From the NCBI GenBank assembly GCA_030704615.1, contig CM060733.1, positions 35,650,001 to 35,714,000 of the forward strand: 64,000 bases of DNA. The letters are read 5' to 3'. This DNA is from Takakia lepidozioides. Taxonomy: Eukaryota > Plantae > Bryophyta. Each line of letters opens with the position of its first letter. The stretch's first letter is position 1. Both the position numbers and the translations under genes were made by a program. Below are positions 12,201 to 23,100 of this stretch, one piece after another. The notes beneath the pieces are model-generated. The model saw nothing but the letters and a program-made list of their open reading frames with translations, had not been told where the DNA came from and did no database searches.

Positions 12201-14932
12201 CAATGCAGTTTAAGTTCTTGGAGAAACCCCTCTCCAAGGGTTGGATCAGCAATAGGAAGCAACTTCACAAGCTGACTCTTGTGTTGCTCCCTTGCTTTCA
12301 ATCCAGCCTGTCTCATTGTATCTTCAAGGCCCTCTTGACTCTTTGGCCCCTCAGCAAGTTTGTAAGCTTCCCCCGCCATGCGTTGGGCCTCAACAATATC
12401 ATGCTGCCAAAAGAACCAAAACAGTTCATAACATGAACCAGAGGTGAATCTTGTCTATGGATGCAAAGAATGAAACTTGGTTAAGACATGATGTTACCTT
12501 GTACAAAATCTCTGTCATTGCATGGACTGTCAGGTTATACCAAGTCTTTCCTGCTTTCTTGATGCATTCGTCGTATTGCTCTTTCCTCAATACATTCTTC
12601 CATTCAGAGACAGGTGTAAGGCCAATCATATTGACCTTGCAAACCAAGTGCACAAATTTGGATGTAACATGTGCCCTCTCTGTTGCCCTGCACATATAAA
12701 ATATTCATTAGAAAGAAGATGTGTATATGTACATCCATTGAGCAAGAACATGACAACATTGAACATGAAAGTAAATGAAGAATAGAAAGGAAACTCACAC
12801 ATTCACTCCATCCATGATGGACCTGAGGGAACCACGATTTTCAATGTCCGCATTGAGCACCCAACTTGTCACACAGACATGTCTTGACAAGTTGGCCCCA
12901 TGAACTTCATTGATATAGGGATACCATGCTTGAAGCCTATGATTCCCATCCCAGACATGAAACATCTTCCCCCGAAGATGATGCAACTTTGGCTTGGACT
13001 CAAGATACTTCTCAAACTCATCATTGACTGTTTTCCAATGACTATCCCATGTAGAGATGATATCAGGACCTACATCTACAGTAGATCCATCAATCCCCTC
13101 AACAGAAACATAGAACACGGCTGCTCCTGGATGGTATCCAGAATAGAAGTCTCCTCTAAGCTTTAGGATGTCGTTGGCAAGGGCGGGCCTAACAACCTGC
13201 ATAGAAATCATGCGACACAATGGAATGTCCATAACTCCATCCTCAATGAGGAGGGACCTGAAAGTTACATTCAGATCTTGTTTCTTTTCCAGAATAATTG
13301 CCTGTTTGGCATCTAGAGAAAGAGAATCACTAGATGTTGTATCCTCTTCATACTCATCTGCCCCCCAATTCCCTGCATCAATGTCGTCAATAATGGTTGC
13401 AAGCGTCCCGGCCTCCACAGCTTCAGTTGTAGTAGTAATTTCCTAATTCCATAGACCAAAACAGTTCAAGATGTCAGTGTATGAGAAGAGCACATGTGTG
13501 AATGTATAATATGTAAAAAGAGCAGTTCAGTGTCATGGTTGCATGAAGAAAACAAATGAATTTGGATAGTCAACTAATTCCATGAATATCCTTGTCTTTC
13601 AAAGCTTACAACTTGGAGCAGAATACAGGCGTGAGCATCCCGACAGAGGACCTCCGACCACCTACGCCGGCGCATATGACACATATGTGCAACCAACTCA
13701 AAATTTGACAAGATTTGAGGCCCTTGAAGAAATTTTTGCTCAAGGAGCTCCAAGCATATGCGCCGGCGCATACCATGGAAGGGAGGTTGTAGCCAAACAT
13801 ACAGGAGCACCTTGAAAGATCAAACTAGGCCTATGGAAGCATGTGGAGTTGTGGAGGTGGCAACGTAGAAGCTTTGAGATACTTGAATACTGTGATCAAC
13901 CAAAATAGGGAAGGTTCCCCAAGCGTCTGCGCCGACGGAGGTGGCAGCCTCGACACTTTGGAGCTTACGTAACACAAGGAATATACAACAAAAAACCAAG
14001 CTCCAAGCATCTCCGCCGGCGGAGATGCTTGCATGAGGTTCCTGAAACCTAGGAGCTAAGCAAAAAAAGATTGTGCTCAATGGGTATGCGCCGGCGGATA
14101 TGGCAGCCCAGCCCGCTCGGAGCATCAACAACTTATGAGAATGCGGAGAAACAAAAGAGATGGAAGGGGGGGAGAACTTCCTGAAATATGTGAGCAGCCC
14201 TGCTGCACGGGTCTGTGTTGACAGAGGTGGCAGCCTTGGCGCTTTGGAGCTTCCGTAACACAGGGAATATGCAAAAAAAACCAAGCTCCAAGTGTCTCCG
14301 CCGGTGGAGACGCTTGCAGGAGGTTCCTGAAACCTATGATCTGAGCAAAAAAAAATGTACTCAATGGGTATGCGCCGGCGGATATGCCAGCGCAGCCCAC
14401 TCGGAGCATCAGCATGCGGAAAAACAAAGAAGATGGAAAAGGGGAGAACTTCCTGAAACATTTGAGCAGCCCTGCTGCACAGGTATGCGCCAGCGGATAC
14501 GCCAGCCCAACCCGCTCGGAGCATCAGCAACGTATGAGCATGCAAAAAAATAAACGGGATGGGAGTAGAGGAGCACTTCCTGAAACATGCGAGCATCCCA
14601 GCTCCAACGGTATGCGCCGGCGGAGGTGGCAGCCCAGCCCTTCCAAGCATCAGAAAAAACCAAGGGGAATGAGCTGTCTCCGCCGGCGGAGACGGTTGTG
14701 TGTATGTGTGGAGATTCGCAAACTTGTGAGACTTGAAGTGACTTAGGCATCTGCGCCGGCGGATGTGCTAGATAAGGAGCAGCTTGGTGGGGCTTATGCG
14801 ATGGCGCATATGCCTAAGTGCAGGTCATGAAAAAAAAACAAAACTACAGCTTACCTTCTCCGTCCGCAGCTTGCCTCTACCACCACCACCACCAGCAACG
14901 CCTCCCCCTCGAGTGTCCTTCTTCCTCCCCAT
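9293..14932 (-). pseudogene. 10-exon gene, ~1100 aa: ParB/Srx-like domain + linker with NLS-like motif + beta-class N4C/N6A DNA methyltransferase-like domain; two lesions in this copy
   Basis: Exons 14932-14855, 13442-12799, 12687-12498, 12403-11993, 11899-11664, 11479-10817, 10710-10375, 10260-9999, 9895-9676, 9566-9293; all GT-AG with consistent phases. Motifs FHVWDGNHRLQAW; VDMIIVDCPTG; spliced SPPGSRILDLTAGTG-STFIAVRESGRHVFGLEGD. 1-nt frameshift ~11080 and TGA at 10221-10219. Confidence 0.85.
13660..14815. repeat. Degenerate tandem array with about 11 CGCCGGCG-centred palindromes in intron 1 of the methyltransferase gene
   Basis: TATGCGCCGGCGCATA 13757-13772, perfect 28-bp CAAGCATCTCCGCCGGCGGAGATGCTTG 14004-14031, GTCTCCGCCGGCGGAGAC 14676-14693, plus variants. 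Confidence 0.88.
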
Positions 14933-15999
14933 CGCCGCAACAGCTCGTTGCCTCGGGGTGGTATAGTATAAGGCCGAGATGCGGCGCCTCCGTCTCCTCT
15001 TCGCAACGGGAGTCTCCAGGGTGTAGAGACTAGAGACGTGTTAAGTGCTTGTGTAGTTTGTGTGTGTTTGTTTGGGGGAGTGGCAAGGGATAATGTGCAA
15101 GTATACTAGACTACGTTAGTGTAGTAATGATACCGGGTTAGTCATGTAGTAATGGCAACAAGTTTAACTGAATAGAAACAGTTTATTAACAAAAAAGTAG
15201 AGGTTGTTTCATTGAATAGAGCATGGCTTGTTGGTAAGGTTGTGGTGTATTTTCCACTAGGTTGCGGGTTCAAACCTGCCCCCGCCAAGGAGAGCGGGGG
15301 GAAAGGGGGGCGAGGGCGAAGGCTAAGGCCCTTAAAAGGCCCAAATTGGCCAAATCTGAAATGTGAACATTTTTTATACACTCTGGCGTTAGTGTTTTTT
15401 GGACTACATGGGTTACACGTGGATCCTCAGAAGATGGTTGTACGATTGACATGTTACTTTGTGGCGGCGCCTTCATAATACAATATAAAGTAAGTGATAA
15501 AGTAACTAAATATTTTGTTATGGGTGTCTTAATCAATTTATTGGTTTTAGAGCCAATTGTCGCCACAAATACTTGTACTCATTACTCATACATGAGTAAT
15601 CAAAGAACAAATCAACATACATGTCATGGGATTTGATTGTAAATAAATTGTGTCGTCTAGTGTGTCAGTTCATAGTTGGACGATTAATCAACGATTGGTT
15701 GTAAAATAAATGGAAACATGCAGAGCATTTATGTTTCATATGCTCATAAGAAGAAGGCAGTACATTGGATTCTAAGATCTCAACAACGGCGCCGTCGTCT
15801 TAAAAATAGGGGATAGTCCATTTAGTTGTTTCTGTCAGAGAATAATATGGATGGAGCACATGCCTCAAAAAATTTGGACCTTCTGGATTGATGATACACA
15901 TAAGTAATGTAAGCCATTTAATGTATTTGCATAAGGTCTTGCAAGATGTGCGCTTTCATTCATTTTGCATCTTCTCTCAAACTTTGAGGGCATTGCCAA

Positions 16000-18900
16000 A
16001 TGTCTACACCAAAATATGCAGTGCTTTCATGTCCACCTGATGCAAAAGTGGTTCGTTATCCTTGCAATGGAAACAAGTGCATTATCCCAGAACCTTGGTT
16101 ATGCAATAGATTCAAACTTGTTCCGGGTTCAGTTTTTTTGGAGGATGATGGAGATGATGATGCCTCCACAGTGTTGCTTCCAGTTTTCAATGACGGCCAA
16201 AAGCAATGGGAGTTGTTTCCAGACACTTTCTCCAAGTACCGTGTCACAGGTACGAGCTATACACAGTCACATGATGAGAGGCACACTTCTATTGCAAGAA
16301 AGAACGATCAAGCTGCAACAAATGGGAGTTGTAAATTGAAGGAGGAGGTTGCAGATTCGGCGAGCTTGGGGTCTCATAATTCGGATTGTGTTGAGGTTTC
16401 TAAGAGTGTATTTTGTGGATCTCAACCTTCCTCATCTGCTCATACGGTCTTGCTTCACGACATGAAGCCTCGGAAAACTCCATTGGACAACACCACGTCT
16501 GATTGTTGCGAATCTGCGAGGGGTTTATCTTCATCTCCACGACTAGCAGGGGAGGCTACATCTGCATTTCCTTCTGGTGTGTTGTCCATTTTGAGTATCT
16601 TGGCCACTGCTCGGAGGAATGGATCAAAAGGAGAGCTTTCTACCTTGGACTATAGTCACATTCCAGTGCATCGTGTTCGGTGTCTTCCTCGAGCTTTTGA
16701 TGGAAGAAGTGATCCACGAACTCCCCCCCATGGTCAAACTACGTACGGACCGTGGTTCACAGTCCCTCCAAGGCATGGACCGCAAGTTTGATGGTCATCC
16801 TTGGTGCAAGACCAATACCTACAATATGTCTGGTGTTCCAGATCATGTGAAATGTAGTAAGGTTCTTTGTGTTGGAAAGCTCATATGTCAAAGCAGCACT
16901 TGCCCCTTCTTCAAGAAAGAAGGAGAACGGAATGACCGCTATTGGGAAGGCAATGCAGACAAGGTGTTCATTGCAGGAGCCCAAGTTCCATTCAACCAGT
17001 TCAAGTGTAGTTTCTGCAAAGAAAGACCTTTCTGTGAGGCGCATTGTGGGGCAAGAATGTACTATGTCACAAGTTCCCTTCCAACATATACACGTGTTGC
17101 AGTTCACGTTGGGTTTCATAACCATCCATGTGCCAAGGGCGAGAATAGAGAGGCTGCGGAAAATGCATCAAGCATGATTCAAGAGCACGTTAAGATGAAG
17201 CCATGGTCGACCCCGGGAGCTATTTCCTTGTCAATGGCCCAAAAGCTCTTGATTGATCGAGTTCTTGTGGCTGATGGCACAGAGACAGTACGTCTTGAGG
17301 GAGAGGCTTTGGAAGATATTCTTGAAGAGTTTGCCCATGTTTGTAGCCCCAATGTGAAAAACAAGGTCGCATCTGCACGTGTCAATTCCATCATGTCCAT
17401 ATTGGAGTTGAAGCGTCTGAGTACATACCATTTCATTCAGCAATCTCCTTCCAGGCCAGCATACTTCTCATCTCCCCCATGTTTTCAAGATGTCTGTTGC
17501 TGGTCCCGGGAGTGGTGTTGATCTTGTGCGTCGCATGAGTGAGGGGGATCTACGCACAAGTTGGGTAGTATTTGACCATGTCAAACGCATCAAGGATTGG
17601 ACAACTCTTGCGTGTCATGTCTATGAACCATATGTCAAGCGAATGATGACCATTGCCATTTGCGATATGAAAACAGAGGATGCAGATGCTCAGGTGTTAT
17701 TCTGGGAGATGATCAATGAACAAGCAAAACTTGCTGGCTTGAACAAACCAAATTTTGCTGGCTTCATGGCGGATGCAGCAGGAGCGAATTGGGCTGCTGT
17801 TCGAAAGGTTTATGTCCCAATGTCCCAATGTCCCAATGGAAGGTAAAGAAAGAACATGTTTATATCATTGGGCTGAAAGCCTCCGAAGACACACCAACGA
17901 CTATATCTTGGAGGACTTCCGTGAAAGGCACACTCAGCTCTGTTATGAATGGAAAGATAGTGCTACCTTGGAGGATGCTACAACCACATACATTGCAATT
18001 CGGGCTTGGTGGCTCTCTTCAGGAGCATGCACAGAAAAGAGTCTGCCAAAACTAGATTCATGGCTTGCATGGTGGCACTACAGATATCGAATGTGGGGCC
18101 AATGGATGAGAGAGGACATGGATGTGGAGGCAGATGCAGATATGCCTACCACTAATTTGTCTGAGGCAGTCCATTCTGCTTGGTGGAAGACAGCAGGCAA
18201 TGGGAAAAAAATGAAGGTGGATCTATATGAGGCCACCATGCATGACATGTCACGAGCTCTTTTGCAGCAGGCAACATTTTACAGGCACACCACAGGAAAG
18301 ACATGGGGGCGGGGCCCGACAAAGAGGAGCTCATGTTGCGTCAAGCAGCTAGATCTAATAGCCCAGCAAAAATGGGTAAGGTTGTACGTGGCATAGTAGC
18401 TGGAACACCCATGCACACAAGGGGGGTTCAATTGGAGGGAGACAATCGCACTATTCCAGTCAAACGCAAGTTAGGCGATGAGCATGGTGGGCCAAACGAA
18501 TCTTGGAGGTGTGATATGAATGTAAAGACTGTTCCAGTGCGCGCCACTGGGATGCCCAGTCCACACCAGCCATCTAGGTTCGTCAGCTCCAAATCAAGTC
18601 ATGACATTCCTGGTTCTTCGACTTTCTGTGAGACAAATCCACATGTTGCTATCCCTCCTCAGCCAATGCAATGGGGAAATCCAGTGAGAGAGACACAAGA
18701 CTTTTCCGATGCATTGTTCAGGATTCAGCGGACAGGTCCTGCTTCCATGGTTCGTTGTTCTGCCTTGGTTGGAGTTTCCAAAGATAAATGCAAAGCGCTC
18801 ATCAGGAAAGGTAAAGGAAGTCCTGCACCTTGCTTCACTGGCAAGTTACTAGCACCGAACATGAAAGAACCAAAACTGCAAGTTTTTTGGTTTTGCCCCA

Positions 18901-19541
18901 CAGATGTTTTGTCGTGTGTCGGAGGGACCGTGCCATCCTATTGCTTGGGAAAACCGGGTATACCTAACGTGTGGCCTGTGAAGGTTGGAACCAACCTTAC
19001 ACAAGAAGAGGTGGACAACTTGACCCTTGCAAGTTTTCGACTAGTCCATCCTCCCAACGTTCCTGATCCGAACTTTCCTGTGGGACCACTTCCAGTGGAA
19101 CAACATATGCATCAAGGTGTTGTCCTTCCTGTGGGTAAGTATCCCACTACACGCTATGGGGTGCGCATTCGGCGTCGGGATCCGACTCCTCGACACTTGA
19201 GTCGCCAAGAGTCAGCGGAGACTCTTATTGCTGAGGTTCGTGGATTCAGAAATGTGCCTCAGCCAGGTTATGGGAGAATTTACCAGCTACAAACAGAGGG
19301 ATCTACCAGAGCAGGATTGGTTTACAATGTATACATTGGTCAGTTTCCATCTTGTGATTGTCCCGACTTTGATGAGCTATCTGTCAAGAAGAAAAAACAA
19401 ACATATCTACCTTGTAAGCACATGTACTTCATGTACAACGTGCATCTAGGATGCGCCGGGGCTTATGAGATCCACCAACCTTCCCTTAGCCAGTTAGAGG
19501 TTAGGGCTATGCTAAAGAAGGACCCTAGTTCAACTTCTTAG
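16000..19541 (+). pseudogene. DDE transposase with Cys/His DNA-binding region and C-terminal SWIM zinc finger (MULE-like), four frameshifts
   Basis: CGARMYY..HVGFHNHPC; VVFDHVKR (D1); GFMADAAGANW (D2); CLYHW (CxxH); TTNLSEAVH (E); SWIM CDCPDF..PCKH; frame changes near 16705, 17450, 17820, 18320. Confidence 0.82.
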
Positions 19542-20162
19542 TGACACATGAAATGCACAAAAAAAGAACCTCTAACTTGTGCCGTTCATTTTCATGCATG
19601 TGACATGTAATTATCTTGTTACTACTTTATTCCAAACATGACACATAGCATTTGTTAGTACAAAAGTTCATATTTTGGTTAAAATGGAACTTGTGTACCT
19701 GTCATACAAGTTTTCAAATTATAGAACTGCTTGGTATTACAAACAGACATACAATGTGGTGGTTCCAAACATGACACATATGCATTTGTTAGTACAAAAG
19801 TCCATATTTTGGTTAATATGAAACTGTTTTCCTTGAATACAAGTTTGCAAACTATTACTTTGGCCAGGGATCTTGTATTCTCTTCAGTTTAAGGTGGTGC
19901 ATTAGTTGGAGTTAGTGGTCACATGCATCTTTGACCATTGACTACTGATTTTGTTAGCCAAGATTTTTATTTTATTTTTTTCTATATACATATGATGTAA
20001 CATTTGCATATGCAATAAATACGTCGTATTCTATGTTATATAACTCCACTGCATACAATCTACAATGTGTGCATACAAATTTGTCACATGCATATATAAT
20101 AAGGGATTTTGTGCATGCATGCACGCAACCTGTGCATATGGAATAGCAACCCCCAACAAAAA

Positions 20163-23100
20163 GGCCTTGTTTGAAACAGCTGTAGGAAAGCTTGCAGGGT
20201 ACAGAGCATAAAGGTATGGTTGGCACAGAATGGAACGGGTAAGTGCGTGTAAGCCTGTGGGGCTTGCAAGTATCGAGTGAGAGAGAATGTACTCTCAACC
20301 CGTCCGTCCTTGCGCCACTGCGTGAGAAGTAAAGCTAATGTGTAATCCGTAATTTCTGCCATAGCTACAAAGCTATAGCTTTGATTGCCCCTCCTGCCGA
20401 GACGCTGGTTATTCGGAGCCACCCCGACTCTTGCGCTCATAACCCTGCTAATTTCTTGTTCTTGTTTCTTGGAGGAAACCACCTGTATGTAATTCTCGCT
20501 CGTGATTGGCTGTTGCCTCCTTGGGTAACTTCTTAATTTAACTCCCCTCAGTGGACATCCCCCCCTGGAATGTCCACTAGGACAGCACATGTGGCAAAAA
20601 TCCCCCTTTTCTGTACTCGTAAAGGGTTCCGTTACCTTTGCCCTGAATGCATTAATGGGCCCACAAATAGTTTTGGTTGATGTATCGGGTAGGTACTTTG
20701 ACGGCCCAATTTGTCTTCTTGCATGATGACACCCGATTTTGTAATATATGCACTGCGGTGTACTTCGCCCTAGTGACCACGTGTTCGTTTTTAGACCTGC
20801 CTCCGACTTCCCCTGTCCGCATGGCACATTCTCCGAGTTTGACTTCCAAGCTGCTCTTTCACTTGCCAGCCACTTTTCTGAAGTTAACCCACGTCCACCT
20901 GTCACTGATCCTATGGACTGTGCAACCTGCGTAAGCTGTGTTGGGCTGTGATAGGCTGTGTCCAACTGTGGTAAACTGTGATAGGCTGTGTGATGCTGTG
21001 ATGGGCTGTAACAGGTTGTGTGATACTGTGATGGGCTGTGGTAAGCTGTGTCATACTGTGATGGGTTGTGGTAACTGTGTGAACACCTGTGCTCTCCGCC
21101 CAGGCCATACACATTCGGCTTTACAACAAATGCTTCGTGCTCCGTTGGTATTACCGGTGCAGCCCGTGATTGTTTCTGTGTTTCAACATGCAAATCCAAC
21201 TGCAATGGTTTGTCATGGATACCACTGTATCCCTTCAACTTATTGGCATTGACTCTTCCCAACATCTCTTTGTTAATGGTTTGTAACATGGCGGTGTTAT
21301 TATCATACATCTTCTGTATGACATAAGGTCATTTCCATGGAGATTTAAGCTTAGAAGCTTTAATCTTACCCTTCTTCTGCAACCACAGTATCAAATCACC
21401 CGTCTTAAAAGTCTTTAATTTTCCTTCATCAAACTGATCCTTCCTCTTCATCTGAATTCTGGTCATGTTATCCGCTGCATCAGCACGTACTTCTTCCACA
21501 TGGTATAATTCATGTTTCCTGACCTTAATTGAATCTTCCAATTCCATTCTCCTTCCCCATTCAGTTCTCATGGTAGGTAACAAGAACGCCACTGGAAGTA
21601 AAGCTTCCATACCATAAACTAATTGGAATGGTGTATACTTAGTGGTGACTTTATATGAAGTCCTGTATGACCATAAAGCTGTCAGCAGCTTTGTATCATA
21701 ATCTGTTCTGTTCGCATTGACTATCTTAGCCAAGATAGTACATAGTATTTTGTTAGTAGCCTCTACCTGCCCATTACCCTGTGGGTAATAAGTTGTACTC
21801 TTTCTATGCACAATCATGAACTATTTAGTCAATAGCTCTATGGTCTCATTAATGAAGTGACTTCCCTGGTCACTGATAAATTCCAAGGGACAGCCAAATC
21901 TTGTAAGTATGTTCTCATATAGGAACCTTGCTGTGGACTTAGCTGTGTTGTCCCTCAGAGCTTTAGCTTCCATCCACTTTGTAGTATAATCAGTGGCTGT
22001 GATTATATACTTGTTCTGTGTATTTCTGGCTGGTGGGTTAGTTGGTCCAACAAAGTCTAGTCCCCACTTCTGAAATGGTTGAGTAGGCATCGTAGGATGC
22101 AAAGCTATCTTCCCAGATCTCTGCAATGGTCCTAGCCTCTGACACTCATCACAACTCTTGCAATACTTGTGTACATCCTTGAACAATGTAGGCCACCAGT
22201 AACCTGCAAGTATTATCTTGCTACTAGTAGTCTCTTCTCCAAAATGACCTCCAGCCACTCCTTTATGAACTTCCTCAAAAACTTTATTTACTTCATGGTG
22301 GTATAAGCATCGTTTAAGTACTCCATCAGGTCCTAGCTTATACATTCTGCCCCCTATCATAGTATAGGGTAAAGCCTTGATAACTATTCTCTTCCTCTGC
22401 TCCTTCCGATAACTAGGTGGGCACTGACCATGAGTAAGGTAGTATCTGATTGGCCACTGCCAATCTAACCAATCATCTGCACTTCCCTGCACCTCCACTG
22501 CAAATAAACTCGCATCAGGTAGTTGGTCGTCTACTCCTGTGGCGGGCTCTCCTGTTGATAGGCATGACAAGTGATCTGCCACAAGATGCAAACGGCCAGG
22601 CTTGTAAACAACTTTGAACTCAAACTCGTGCAAGATTATTAACCACCTTGCTATCCTTCCACTTATCAAAGGCTTGTTCACTAGATAAATCAGAGCCTGA
22701 TGATCCACATAGAACATAAACTTTCTTCCCAATAGGTAATGCCTGAATTTCTTGACTGCATAAATCATTGCCAATGCTTATCTTTCAGTTGTGCTATAGT
22801 TCCTCTCAGCACTGTTCATCAACCTGCTAGCATAATACACATGTGAATCTATGTTTCCTGTAACATTTTGGGCTAATACTGCTCCCAATGCTTCTCCTGA
22901 GGCATCACAGTGAACATGAAACACTACATGCCAGTGGGGGTTAATCAGCACAGGTGTAGTTGTTACTGACAGTGTAAGTTCCTCAAAAGCCTGTTGACAT
23001 TCAGCTGTCCATGCAAACACTGCATCTTTCTTCAGAAGTTTGCTCAATGGTGCTGCTATCTGTGCATACCGTCTGACAAATCTTCTGTAATAACTGGTTT

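Larger units (their letters stand above)
8362..20154. mobile_element. 11.8-kb cut-and-paste DNA transposon (MULE-like DDE-CxxH-SWIM transposase) carrying a ParB-like/DNA methyltransferase gene
   Basis: TSD AACAAAAA at 8354-8361 and 20155-20162; imperfect TIRs GAGGTAGCCTATACTATATGCGCA vs GGGGTTGC-TATTCCATATGCACA; removal restores the host frame ..QTRPFC-LSRIK.. Confidence 0.85.

Noticed and set aside
13574-14750. 276-aa and overlapping ORFs
   Set aside because: Products of the GC-rich palindromic repeat inside a predicted intron
9293-14932. Bacterial or phage contamination as the source of the methylase
   Set aside because: Nine phase-consistent spliceosomal introns and TSD-defined nesting within eukaryotic retroelements
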